Positions 19,347 to 27,778 of a stretch of 39,628 bases of DNA are shown here, in pieces; the first letter of the stretch is position 1, and the number at the start of each line of letters is the position of its first letter. The notes beneath the pieces were generated by a model that searched no databases, was not told the DNA's origin, and saw only the letters and a program-made list of their open reading frames with translations. The DNA is from Bacteroidia bacterium. Lineage in GTDB: Bacteria; Bacteroidota; Bacteroidia; NS11-12g; UBA9320. Location of the stretch: NCBI GenBank assembly GCA_013042025.1, contig JABDQY010000114.1:1-39628 (forward strand), in the 5' to 3' direction. Both the position numbers and the translations under genes were made by a program.

Positions 19347-19943
19347 ATGAAGAAAATAGCATATACATTAGGCATACTTGCCATCGGATTTTTTGCATAC
19401 GCACAAGTAACAGGTTACAGTGTTGGCGACACCGCAACAGATTTCTCACTTAAAGGTACAGACGACAAAATGCATTCATTAAGTGAATTTAATGATGCAA
19501 AAGGGTATATCGTCATATTTACATGCAATCACTGCCCATATTCTGTAGCGTATGAAGATCGCATTATCAAATTACAAGAAGAATATGGTCCACAAGGCTA
19601 TCCAGTTATAGCTATTAATCCAAATGACCCAGAGGTCAATGAAGAAGATGGGTTTGAAGAAATGAAGGTGAGAGCTAAAGAAAAAGGATTCAACTTCTTA
19701 TACCTATTTGATGAAGGACAAACCATTTATCCTCAATATGGTGCAACTCGTACACCGCATGTTTTTTTACTTGACAAGGAACGAAAAGTGAAATATATCG
19801 GTGCGATTGATGATAATGTGTCGAAACCAGAAGAGGTAAAAGAGCACTATTTAGCGAATGCAATCAAAGCGTTGCAAGAAGGAGAGGATCCAAGTCCTAG
19901 CAAAACAAAGGCCATTGGATGTAGTATTAAAACAAAGAAGTAG
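19347..19943 (+). CDS. Secreted thioredoxin-fold (redoxin/AhpC-TSA-like) protein
   Basis: The signal peptide is MKKIAYTLGILAIGFFAYAQ. The CxxC motif is FTCNHCPYS. The segment TRTPHVFLLD has a cis-Pro region typical of the Trx fold. The gene starts 7 nt after the previous gene. Confidence 0.8.
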   Translation: MKKIAYTLGILAIGFFAYAQVTGYSVGDTATDFSLKGTDDKMHSLSEFNDAKGYIVIFTCNHCPYSVAYEDRIIKLQEEYGPQGYPVIAINPNDPEVNEEDGFEEMKVRAKEKGFNFLYLFDEGQTIYPQYGATRTPHVFLLDKERKVKYIGAIDDNVSKPEEVKEHYLANAIKALQEGEDPSPSKTKAIGCSIKTKK

Positions 19944-19979
19944 TCTTTGATACTGGTTGAGAAGATCAGGTTTTAGCTT

Positions 19980-20612
19980 TTAATCAGCCCAATTAATTGG
20001 GCTTACTTTGCCTAGTGAGTCAACGAGAAGTATCCGGTCATTTGTATAATTTGTTGGTCGAATAAAAGTACATGGAATTTTGGTAGTACTCAATTCTGTA
20101 CCAGATAAATTACTGACTGTTACCGTAGCATCCTTTCCCTGTCGGCAATAAAAATCAGCAAAAAATGTTGAACCCCCTGGATTTAAACTAACTGAATTGG
20201 TTGTTAAACCATCACACTCAATTTTTATACTCAGTGCTTCGGTAAGTGGTTTTTCTGAAGAAGCATTGCAGTATACCACCACATTTGCCGTGGGAGTACC
20301 ATAGTCTAGACAAGTTGGAGATTGGCCGCTGTTCCAATTACACATTTCAGCGAGGTAATAAGAGTAAACCTCTCCATTGGCTTCTGTACAGGCAGAGTTT
20401 ACTGCAGCTACTTCAGTAGAAGTACCAGCGTAATCACAGTTGTTCGTTTTAAATGCATCTTTCAAGGCTGTTATACTTTGATCGCATGGACGACATTTAT
20501 CTAGTTCATTTTCTTCTGGCTCTGGGTCTTCCGCTTCTAAACCTCCACATGAGGGTAAAATAATAGCAAAATTGACTAAAATCAGTACGAATAGAAAAAG
20601 GTTTTTGGACAT
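19980..20612 (-). CDS. Cysteine-rich lipoprotein of unknown function
   Basis: The lipoprotein signal is MSKNLFLFVLILVNFAIILPSC-GG. The mature part has an acidic linker and then 10 Cys, including a CRPC motif. I recognise no family. Confidence 0.6.
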   Translation of the reverse strand: MSKNLFLFVLILVNFAIILPSCGGLEAEDPEPEENELDKCRPCDQSITALKDAFKTNNCDYAGTSTEVAAVNSACTEANGEVYSYYLAEMCNWNSGQSPTCLDYGTPTANVVVYCNASSEKPLTEALSIKIECDGLTTNSVSLNPGGSTFFADFYCRQGKDATVTVSNLSGTELSTTKIPCTFIRPTNYTNDRILLVDSLGKVSPINWAD

Positions 20613-20634
20613 GGGATTGAGGGTTGGTTCAAAC

Positions 20635-20642
20635 CAAAGATA
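20635..20642 (-). promoter_or_regulatory. -7 box TATCTTTG for the lipoprotein gene
   Basis: The plus strand reads caaagata, an exact TAnnTTTG. It lies 22 nt upstream of the ATG at 20612. Confidence 0.45.
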
Positions 20643-20708
20643 GTTTAATGTATCACTGATGTCAAGTATAAGCCGTCAATCGTAAGCAAAACAAAGCGTT
20701 CAGAAACG

Positions 20709-20737
20709 AAAAAAGTCCCTCCAAAAGGAGAGACTTT
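20709..20737 (-). terminator. Intrinsic terminator downstream of tRNA-Asp
   Basis: The minus strand reads AAAGTCTCTCC-TTTT-GGAGGGACTTT followed by TTT, giving a run of six T. The stem has 11 pairs including one G-U. It starts 4 nt after the tRNA 3' end. Confidence 0.6.
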
Positions 20738-20740
20738 AAG

Positions 20741-20814
20741 CGGTCTGGACGGGACTCGAACCCGCGACCCCCTGCGTGACAGGCAGGTATTCTAACCAAC
20801 TGAACTACCAGACC
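20741..20814 (-). tRNA. tRNA-Asp (anticodon GTC)
   Basis: The reverse complement is GGTCTGGTAGTTCAGTTGGTTAGAATACCTGCCTGTCACGCAGGGGGTCGCGGGTTCGAGTCCCGTCCAGACCG. I folded it by hand. It has a 7-bp acceptor stem, a 4-bp D stem and an anticodon stem CCTGC/GCAGG with loop CTGTCAC. It has a T stem GCGGG/CCCGT with TTCGAGT loop, a discriminator G, and no encoded CCA. Confidence 0.93.
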
Positions 20815-20831
20815 TTGGTTTTTCAGGATTG

Positions 20832-20839
20832 CAAATATA
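20832..20839 (-). promoter_or_regulatory. -7 box TATATTTG for tRNA-Asp
   Basis: The plus strand reads caaatata, an exact TAnnTTTG followed by CA. It lies 17 nt upstream of the mature tRNA 5' end. Confidence 0.5.
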
Positions 20840-20859
20840 ATTGCTTGTTAAAATTATCA

Positions 20860-20923
20860 AATTCTTTTTTTAATTATTTATTTTTCTAATCCAATTAGAG
20901 GCTCAGAGTTGAAAAAAAGAATT
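20860..20923. repeat. Perfect 12-bp AT-rich inverted repeat with a 40-nt spacer that holds a nested 6-bp hairpin
   Basis: The arm aattcttttttt (20860-20871) is the exact reverse complement of aaaaaaagaatt (20912-20923). The nested hairpin tctaat-cca-attaga lies at 20885-20899. Confidence 0.6.
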
Positions 20924-20959
20924 CGATTATTTAATGTTATATGAAAAATGATTGGATGT

Positions 20960-21532
20960 TTAAATCACTAGTAGTCTGACTTTTCCATCAACCATTTCGT
21001 ATTTTTCGTTACTTTCAGGACACGCAGCTATTCCATCATTGAAATGAAGACGTTGGCCGTGTTTACTCATCCATCCAATTTGCTGACCTGGATTACCAAC
21101 AATTAAAGCAAAAGCAGGAACATCTTTGGTAACAACACTTCCTGCTCCAATAAAACAATATTCACCCAAAGTATTTCCGCAAATTATTGTAGCATTAGCT
21201 CCAATTGTGGAACCTTTTTTAACTACTGTTTTAACGTATTGATCTCTACGGACAACTGCACTTCGTGGATTAATAATATTTGTAAAAACCGCACTAGGTC
21301 CAAGAAAAACATCCTCTTCACAAATCACTCCTGTATATATACTTACGTTGTTTTGAACTTTCACGTTGTTTCCCAAAACCACATCTGGACTTACTACCAC
21401 GTTTTGACCAATGTTGCAGTTTTCGCCAAGTACAGCTTTGGGCATGATATGGCTAAAATGCCAAATTTTAGTGCCTTTACCAATTTGGCAACCAGCGTCA
21501 ATTACAGCGGTATCATGGGCAAAATAGTCCAT
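20960..21532 (-). CDS. Left-handed beta-helix (hexapeptide) N-acetyltransferase, WbpD-like, acting on amino-sugar nucleotides
   Basis: The protein is 190 aa. It is colinear with my recollection of the WbpD/WlbB family, as in ...KIWHFSHI...VQNNVSIYTGV...GPSAVFTNIINPRS...GANATIICG...GAGSVVTKDVP...VGNPGQQIGWMS. Its ATG overlaps the uxs stop by 1 nt (TAATG). Confidence 0.8.
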   Translation of the reverse strand: MDYFAHDTAVIDAGCQIGKGTKIWHFSHIMPKAVLGENCNIGQNVVVSPDVVLGNNVKVQNNVSIYTGVICEEDVFLGPSAVFTNIINPRSAVVRRDQYVKTVVKKGSTIGANATIICGNTLGEYCFIGAGSVVTKDVPAFALIVGNPGQQIGWMSKHGQRLHFNDGIAACPESNEKYEMVDGKVRLLVI

Positions 21533-22503
21533 TAAAACTCTTTTGGATAAGCATATTTGTACAAATGCTCTTCAGGTAATGCCTTAAAATAGTCGTAGGT
21601 AATCTTCAAACCTTCTGATCTACTATATTTAGGTTCCCATTTTAAAATATCCTTTGCACGTGTTATATCTGGTTTACGTTGTTTAGGATCATCTTTTGGT
21701 AGATCTTTAAAAACTATTTTTTGATCTGTTCCGGTTAACGCAATAATCTCTTTAGCAAAATCCAAAATACTAATTTCATCAGGATTTCCAATGTTTATTG
21801 GTTGGGCATAATCGCTCATTAATAATCGGTAAATGCCTTCAATTAGGTCGTCAACATAACAGAAACTTCTTGTTTGGCTTCCATCTCCAAATACAGTAAT
21901 GTCCTCACCTCTTAGGGCTTGTCCAATAAATGCAGGTAATGCCCTTCCGTCATTTAATCGCATTCGAGGTCCATACGTGTTAAATATTCGAACGATACGT
22001 GTTTCAACATTGTGATAGGTGTGATAAGCCATTGTCATAGCTTCTTGAAAACGTTTTGCTTCGTCATATACACCTCTTGGTCCTACTGGATTTACATTTC
22101 CCCAATAATCTTCATTTTGTGGGTGTACTAAAGGATCACCATATACTTCAGAAGTTGAAGCAATCAACATTCTAGCTCCTTTTGCTAAAGCTAGCCCTAA
22201 GCAGTTATGGGTGCCTAAACTTCCTACTTTTAGTGTTGGGATAGGAATTTTGAGGTAATCAATTGGACTTGCAGGAGAAGCAAAGTGTAGAATGTAGTCT
22301 AACTTTCCTGGAACATGGATGTATTTTGAAACATCATGATGATAGAATTGAAAATTTTCTAAAGGCATCAAATGTTCAATGTTTTGCATGCTACCGGTTA
22401 TTAGGTTGTCCATAGCAATAACTCTATATCCTTCCTTAATAAATCTATCGCATAGATGTGAACCTAAAAAACCCGCACCTCCTGTTATTAAAATTGTTTT
22501 CAT
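21532..22503 (-). CDS. UDP-glucuronate decarboxylase (UDP-xylose synthase), an SDR-family enzyme
   Basis: The protein is 323 aa with the motifs [18 protein letters not shown] and YDEAKR. It is similar to UXS-type enzymes over its whole length. Confidence 0.88.
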   Translation of the reverse strand: MKTILITGGAGFLGSHLCDRFIKEGYRVIAMDNLITGSMQNIEHLMPLENFQFYHHDVSKYIHVPGKLDYILHFASPASPIDYLKIPIPTLKVGSLGTHNCLGLALAKGARMLIASTSEVYGDPLVHPQNEDYWGNVNPVGPRGVYDEAKRFQEAMTMAYHTYHNVETRIVRIFNTYGPRMRLNDGRALPAFIGQALRGEDITVFGDGSQTRSFCYVDDLIEGIYRLLMSDYAQPINIGNPDEISILDFAKEIIALTGTDQKIVFKDLPKDDPKQRKPDITRAKDILKWEPKYSRSEGLKITYDYFKALPEEHLYKYAYPKEF

Positions 22504-22504
22504 G

Positions 22505-23821
22505 TTATTTACTTCCTATGCAATAATACTCAAATCCTAAACTTTCCATTTCGTGTTTGTCATAGACATTCCTACCGTCAAAAATCAGTTTGTTTTTCAA
22601 TTTTTCAGCAACGGTGTTAAAATCTGGTAGCTTAAACTCAGACCATTCCGTAACTAGTAATAAAGCATCAGATCCTTCAAGTGCATCATAACGGTTATCA
22701 GAGTATGTTATTTTATCTCCAATCATTCTCTGAGTTTCTTTCATAGATACTGGGTCATAAGCAATCACATTTCCTCCTGCTTTTAAGATATGATCAATTA
22801 ATACCAATGAAGGTGCTTCACGCATATCGTCCGTATTTGGTTTAAAAGATAGCCCCCACATTGTGAACGTTTTGCCCGATAAATCATTTCCAAAAACATC
22901 AACAATTTTAGTGTAGAGTACAGATTTTTGATCATCATTTACATCCTCTACTGCTTCTAATATACGCATTGTGTGCCCTTGTTCTTTTGCAGTTTTTATA
23001 AGTGCTTTTACATCTTTTGGAAAACAACTTCCTCCATAACCAATTCCAGCGTAAATAAAGCGTGAACCTATTCGAGGGTCACTTCCTATTCCTTGGCGAA
23101 CTTTGTTAACATCAGCACCCATTATTTCACATAGATTAGCTATGTCATTCATGAAACTAATGCGTGTTGCTAACATAGCATTTGCAGCATATTTTGTCAT
23201 TTCTGCTGACGGGATATCCATAAAAATTAAAGGATGTCCGTTCATAATAAACGGTTTATATAGCTTACTCATAGTTTCCTGAGCACGTTGAGATTCCACT
23301 CCAACAACAATTCTATCTGGTTTCATAAAATCATCAATTGCTGCACCTTCTTTTAGGAATTCAGGATTACTGGCAATGTCAAATTCAATATTTACTCCAC
23401 GTTTATCCAATTCTTCTTGAACTGCATTTTTAACTTTTTCAGAAGTTCCAACTGGAACAGTGCTTTTTGTTACAATTACACCATATTCAGTCATGTGTTT
23501 CCCTATTTCTCGAGCAACTCCCAAAACATATTTCAAGTCTGCACTGCCATCTTCATCAGGAGGAGTTCCAACAGCAATAAAAGCAACCTGAGCACCTTTA
23601 ATACTTTCTGCTAATGAAGTGCTAAAATGTAATCGGCCTTTTTTATGGTTTCTTTTTACCATAGATTCCAAGCCTGGCTCATAGATAGGCATGATACCAT
23701 TCCTTAACCCTTCAATTTTTTTCTCGTCTATGTCGATACATACTACATCGGTTCCTACTTCTGCTAAACATGTGCCTGTAACTAAACCAACGTAACCCGT
23801 TCCTACAACTGATATTTTCAT
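22505..23821 (-). CDS. ugd: UDP-glucose 6-dehydrogenase
   Basis: The protein is 438 aa. It has the Rossmann motif [12 protein letters not shown] and the catalytic motif GGSCFPKD. It has UDPG/MGDP dehydrogenase N-terminal, central and C-terminal regions. Confidence 0.93.
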   Translation of the reverse strand: MKISVVGTGYVGLVTGTCLAEVGTDVVCIDIDEKKIEGLRNGIMPIYEPGLESMVKRNHKKGRLHFSTSLAESIKGAQVAFIAVGTPPDEDGSADLKYVLGVAREIGKHMTEYGVIVTKSTVPVGTSEKVKNAVQEELDKRGVNIEFDIASNPEFLKEGAAIDDFMKPDRIVVGVESQRAQETMSKLYKPFIMNGHPLIFMDIPSAEMTKYAANAMLATRISFMNDIANLCEIMGADVNKVRQGIGSDPRIGSRFIYAGIGYGGSCFPKDVKALIKTAKEQGHTMRILEAVEDVNDDQKSVLYTKIVDVFGNDLSGKTFTMWGLSFKPNTDDMREAPSLVLIDHILKAGGNVIAYDPVSMKETQRMIGDKITYSDNRYDALEGSDALLLVTEWSEFKLPDFNTVAEKLKNKLIFDGRNVYDKHEMESLGFEYYCIGSK

Positions 23822-23845
23822 CTATAATTCTTGAATTTTGAGTGG

Positions 23846-23853
23846 CAAAGATA
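23846..23853 (-). promoter_or_regulatory. -7 box TATCTTTG for the ugd-uxs-acetyltransferase operon
   Basis: The plus strand reads caaagata, an exact TAnnTTTG. It lies 24 nt upstream of the ATG at 23821. Confidence 0.5.
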
Positions 23854-23950
23854 TTCAATGATTTAATTCTAATGGACTTTTTACAAAGTCAAAAGGACCA
23901 ATTATAAAAAAGGCTACATATTATACTGTTATTATTATTTCTTTGCATTG

Positions 23951-24700
23951 ATGAAGAACATCCTAGCAGTATTAATTTTGTTATTGAGCTTGTCCTCAAA
24001 AGCCCAAATTGCAAATTTTTCTAAGCAAGGTTTTTTCTTTAGTCCGAATTATGCGGTACAAATTCCTCAGGCAGATTTAAAAGAACGATTTAGAACCTTT
24101 TCATCTATTGGGTTAGGGGTTATTTATAAAACAAAGGCTAACCTTACTTTTGGGATTGATTATGACTGGTATTTTGGTAATCGTTTAAAAGAAAGTGGGA
24201 CATTTAGTTCTATTACCCTAGATTCAGGACAGATTATCGACTCCGATGGGAATTTTTCTATTGTACGTCTTAACGTTGAAGGCAATTACCTCACTGCTAA
24301 TGTGGGATATTTGATTAATATACCAAAAGATGAACCTAATTCTGGAATTCTTGTCCAGTTAGGTTTTGGATGGATGCAACATAGAATTGACGTTGTTTCA
24401 TCTCAAAACAAAATACCACAATTAAATGGAGAATATGAAAAAGGATATGATAAACTTACATATGGATTTGCGATGAAACAATTCGTTGGATATCAGCACT
24501 TAGTGAACAGAAATCATTTTCATTTTCGCGTTGGTGTAGAATTTAATGAGGGATTTACACAAGGAAGAAGAACCTGGGACTTTAATGCAAATAAGTCGGG
24601 ATTAGACAAACGCTTTGACGGGACCGTTGCTATTAAGGCGGGGGTGGTTTTACCTGTATTTACAAAGTCAAAGAGTGATGAAGAATTCTTTATAGATTAA
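23951..24700 (+). CDS. Secreted beta-rich protein of unknown function, a putative outer-membrane barrel
   Basis: The signal peptide is MKNILAVLILLLSLSSKAQ. About 230 aa of alternating aromatic and polar beta-strand-like pattern follow. The track start at 23948 is a TTG one codon before the ATG at 23951. The stop lies 2 nt before the waaA ATG. Confidence 0.55.
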   Translation: MKNILAVLILLLSLSSKAQIANFSKQGFFFSPNYAVQIPQADLKERFRTFSSIGLGVIYKTKANLTFGIDYDWYFGNRLKESGTFSSITLDSGQIIDSDGNFSIVRLNVEGNYLTANVGYLINIPKDEPNSGILVQLGFGWMQHRIDVVSSQNKIPQLNGEYEKGYDKLTYGFAMKQFVGYQHLVNRNHFHFRVGVEFNEGFTQGRRTWDFNANKSGLDKRFDGTVAIKAGVVLPVFTKSKSDEEFFID

Positions 24701-24702
24701 GA

Positions 24703-25911
24703 ATGTTCAACTTTCTATATACCATTTTATCAGGATTATCACCAGCCATTTTAAACATAATTGGGCTTTTTAATACTAAAATTAGAACTTTTTTAGAAGA
24801 TAGAAAAGAAGGGCAGTCGGTTAAATCGTTACCCAAAGAATATTGGATTCATTGTGCTTCATTAGGAGAGTATGAAATGGCAGTTCCAGTTATTGAACGA
24901 TTGCTAGAATCTTATCAACTTAAAGATTTACTAATAACATTCTTTAGTCCAAGTGGATATAACCAAGCAATTAAAGGAAAATACAAAGAAGCAATTATGT
25001 ATCTCCCTTTTGATGGTAAAAAAAATGTTGTCGGTTTCTATGATATGTATCAACCCAAAAGGGCACTGTTTATTCGATATGACTTTTGGTATAACTTTAT
25101 TCGTCACGGCTTAAAACGCGGGACGCGGTTTTATTTAATTAATGGTCGATTTACTGCTAACCACAAGATTTTTGGTTTTTTGGGGAAAGCCTATTTAAAG
25201 TTGTTGAAGCAATTCCGTGGAATATTTGTTTCAGATGAGAACAGCTACAAAGTGCTAGTATCCAACGATATTGATAAGGTTGATCTGACAGGAGACACTC
25301 GTTTTGATCGTGTTATTCAACTAAAAAATGATAATAGATTATTTCCAGAAATCGAATCATTTAAGTCGGATAGAAAGTTATTAATACTGGGTTCTTCTTG
25401 GAAGGCGGAGGAAGACCTTTTATTGCAACTACTTCAAAAAAAGAAGGCAAATTTAGCAGTGATTATTGCTCCTCATGATATTAAACGTTCGGAAGAAATT
25501 AAAAAGGAACTTTCGGAGTATGGTACTAAACTATACACAGAAGGTAATTTTAGTTCGACTGATAAAGTATTAATAATCAACACTATTGGAATGCTTTCTT
25601 CGCTTTATCGTTATGGAGATTTTGCCTTAATTGGCGGTGGCTTTTCTGGAGCACTTCATAATATTTTAGAGCCGGCTGTTTGGGGATGTCACATTTCATT
25701 TGGTCCAAGAATTGAGAAATTTCCAGAAGCATCTGATTTTATTGATGCAGGATTTGCTTATAAAATTGAAAATAAGCAAGAATGGATAAATGAGATTTCT
25801 AGCTCAATGAATGACGAAAAGAAGCTCGCGTCTATAGCAAATCTTGCTAATAATTATGTGAACATACAGGAAGGTGCAACAAGTATAATTTACACCGAAG
25901 TTATTTCATAA
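24703..25911 (+). CDS. waaA: 3-deoxy-D-manno-octulosonic acid (Kdo) transferase
   Basis: The protein is 402 aa. It has an N-terminal Glycos_transf_N-like region (WIHCASLGEYEMAVPVIE) and a GT-B C-terminal half (GGGFSGALHNILEPA). Confidence 0.8.
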   Translation: MFNFLYTILSGLSPAILNIIGLFNTKIRTFLEDRKEGQSVKSLPKEYWIHCASLGEYEMAVPVIERLLESYQLKDLLITFFSPSGYNQAIKGKYKEAIMYLPFDGKKNVVGFYDMYQPKRALFIRYDFWYNFIRHGLKRGTRFYLINGRFTANHKIFGFLGKAYLKLLKQFRGIFVSDENSYKVLVSNDIDKVDLTGDTRFDRVIQLKNDNRLFPEIESFKSDRKLLILGSSWKAEEDLLLQLLQKKKANLAVIIAPHDIKRSEEIKKELSEYGTKLYTEGNFSSTDKVLIINTIGMLSSLYRYGDFALIGGGFSGALHNILEPAVWGCHISFGPRIEKFPEASDFIDAGFAYKIENKQEWINEISSSMNDEKKLASIANLANNYVNIQEGATSIIYTEVIS

Positions 25912-25943
25912 AGGTGTAATGTCTAATTTGGAAGTGGGTCGAA

Positions 25944-27650
25944 TTATTTCAAGCTAACCGTAACCACATCACCTTCTTTAGTAATTTGTGTAATTCCATG
26001 ACCAGCAAGCCCTTTTAAAGATTTGTCCCATTGTTTATTGCTAAGTTCTAGCTTACCTTTTAGTTCGCCAATTTCTAGGGCACCATTTTTTTGTAAAATG
26101 TCATGAACAGCTTTTTCGTTATCGTTCAGTTCAGGACCTTTTTCGACTTTTTGTTCTGGTCGCATTTGAGGAAAGAATAGAACTTCTTGTATACTATCAT
26201 TATTCGTTAGTAACATTACTAATCTGTCGATTCCAATTCCAATTCCTGCTGTTGGCGGCATGCCATATTCCAATGCTGCTAAGAAATCCTGATCAATAAA
26301 CATAGCTTCGTCATCACCACGTTCCATTAGTTTGATTTGTTCTTCAAATCGTTCACGTTGGTCTATTGGGTCATTTAACTCACTATAGCAATTTGCAATC
26401 TCCTTACCGTTAACAATCAGTTCAAATCGTTCGGTAAGTTCGGGATTGTCTCGATGTTTCTTTGTTAATGGGCTCATACTAACGGGGTAGTCCATAATAA
26501 ATGTTGGTTGGATTAGTAAATGTTCTACTTTTTCACCAAAGATTTCATCAATTAGTTTCCCTTTGCCCATGCTGTCATCTATTTCAACACCAAATTCTTT
26601 AGCAGTTTTGCGAAGTTCATCTTCAGTCATCTCGCTCACATCCACATTCGTATACTTTTCAATTGCACCAAATAAAGTTAGACGCTGGAATGGCTTCCCA
26701 AAATCGATGGTATGATCTCCAAAAACTACATCTGATTTCCCATTAACATCGATGGCGATTTTCTTGAACATTTCTTCAGTAGTATCCATCATCCATTGAT
26801 AATCCTTATACGCTACATACAATTCCATTTGACTAAACTCCGGATTATGGGTTTTATCCATTCCTTCATTTCTAAAATCTTTAGCAAATTCATATACTCC
26901 TTCAAAACCACCTACAATTAGCCGTTTTAAGTACAACTCATTCGCAATTCTTAAATAGAGCGGAATATCTAATGCGTTGTGATGGGTAATAAATGGACGT
27001 GCAGCTGCTCCTCCTGGAATAGCTTGTAGGATTGGTGTTTCTACTTCTAAATATCCTTTATCATTTAAAAAGTTACGCATTGAAGCTACTGCTTTTGTGC
27101 GTTTTATAAATGTGTCTCTTACTTTTCTGTTGACGATCAAATCTACATAACGTTTTCTATACCGTTGTTCTGGATCTGTAAATGCATCATATATCTTACC
27201 ATCTACTTCTTTTGGCATAGGCAATGGAGTTAATGATTTTGAAAGCACGGTTAATTCTTTTACATGAATTGATATTTCCCCAGTTTGTGTTTTAAAAACA
27301 TGACCTTTAACACCTAAAATATCTCCTAAATCAAGAAGTTTCTTGAATACTTCATTATATATGGTTTTGTCTTCACCTGGACATAACTCATCTCTATTGA
27401 AATAAGCTTGAATACTTCCTTGTTCATCTTGGAGCTCTCCAAAACTTGCTTTACCCATGATTCTTCTTCGCATTAATCTTCCTGCGAAAGAAATTTCTTT
27501 GAACTTATCTGGTTCGTCATCAAAATTTTCAAGAATTTGGGTACTCGAGAAGTCTTTTGGATATACATCCGCAGGATATGGATTTATTCCTAATTCTCTT
27601 AGCTTATCTAAGGCTTGTCTTCTCTGAATTTGTTGCTCGTTTAGCTCCAT
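25944..27650 (-). CDS. lysS: Lysine--tRNA ligase, class II, with a C-terminal extension of about 70 aa
   Basis: From the ATG at 27650 the protein starts [26 protein letters not shown]. It has an OB anticodon-binding domain and class II motifs ([16 protein letters not shown]). The track start at 27731 is a TTG upstream of the -7 box, so I rejected it. Confidence 0.93.
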   Translation of the reverse strand: MELNEQQIQRRQALDKLRELGINPYPADVYPKDFSSTQILENFDDEPDKFKEISFAGRLMRRRIMGKASFGELQDEQGSIQAYFNRDELCPGEDKTIYNEVFKKLLDLGDILGVKGHVFKTQTGEISIHVKELTVLSKSLTPLPMPKEVDGKIYDAFTDPEQRYRKRYVDLIVNRKVRDTFIKRTKAVASMRNFLNDKGYLEVETPILQAIPGGAAARPFITHHNALDIPLYLRIANELYLKRLIVGGFEGVYEFAKDFRNEGMDKTHNPEFSQMELYVAYKDYQWMMDTTEEMFKKIAIDVNGKSDVVFGDHTIDFGKPFQRLTLFGAIEKYTNVDVSEMTEDELRKTAKEFGVEIDDSMGKGKLIDEIFGEKVEHLLIQPTFIMDYPVSMSPLTKKHRDNPELTERFELIVNGKEIANCYSELNDPIDQRERFEEQIKLMERGDDEAMFIDQDFLAALEYGMPPTAGIGIGIDRLVMLLTNNDSIQEVLFFPQMRPEQKVEKGPELNDNEKAVHDILQKNGALEIGELKGKLELSNKQWDKSLKGLAGHGITQITKEGDVVTVSLK

Positions 27651-27667
27651 TTTAAAAATTGTGGGTG

Positions 27668-27675
27668 CAAATATA
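27668..27675 (-). promoter_or_regulatory. -7 box TATATTTG for lysS
   Basis: The plus strand reads caaatata, an exact TAnnTTTG followed by CA. It lies 17 nt upstream of the ATG at 27650. Confidence 0.55.
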
Positions 27676-27763
27676 AATTTTCCCTTTGTCTGAATTGGGT
27701 TATTTCCCTTAAAATGAAGCAACTTATTCAATGTAGGAATAGTCTTTTATACTACAGTACGTG

Positions 27764-27771
27764 TATTTTTG
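27764..27771 (+). promoter_or_regulatory. -7 box TATTTTTG for the secreted-protein operon
   Basis: An exact TAnnTTTG lies 7 nt upstream of the ATG at 27779, inside the longer GTG-started track ORF. Confidence 0.5.
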
Positions 27772-27778
27772 TTTCTCA

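Noticed and set aside
20613-20960. tRNA-Asp as the attachment site of a genomic island, with the flanking polysaccharide genes and an orphan lipoprotein as cargo
   Set aside because: The window has no integrase, excisionase or mobility gene. I could not spot a direct repeat of the tRNA 3' half nearby. The flanking genes have their own normal promoters and similar composition.
27651-27731. A 27-aa N-terminal extension of LysRS from a TTG, and the 6-aa GTG extension of the SBBP protein at 27761
   Set aside because: Exact -7 boxes (27668-27675 and 27764-27771) lie inside these extensions. The downstream ATGs give a canonical LysRS N-terminus and a proper signal peptide.
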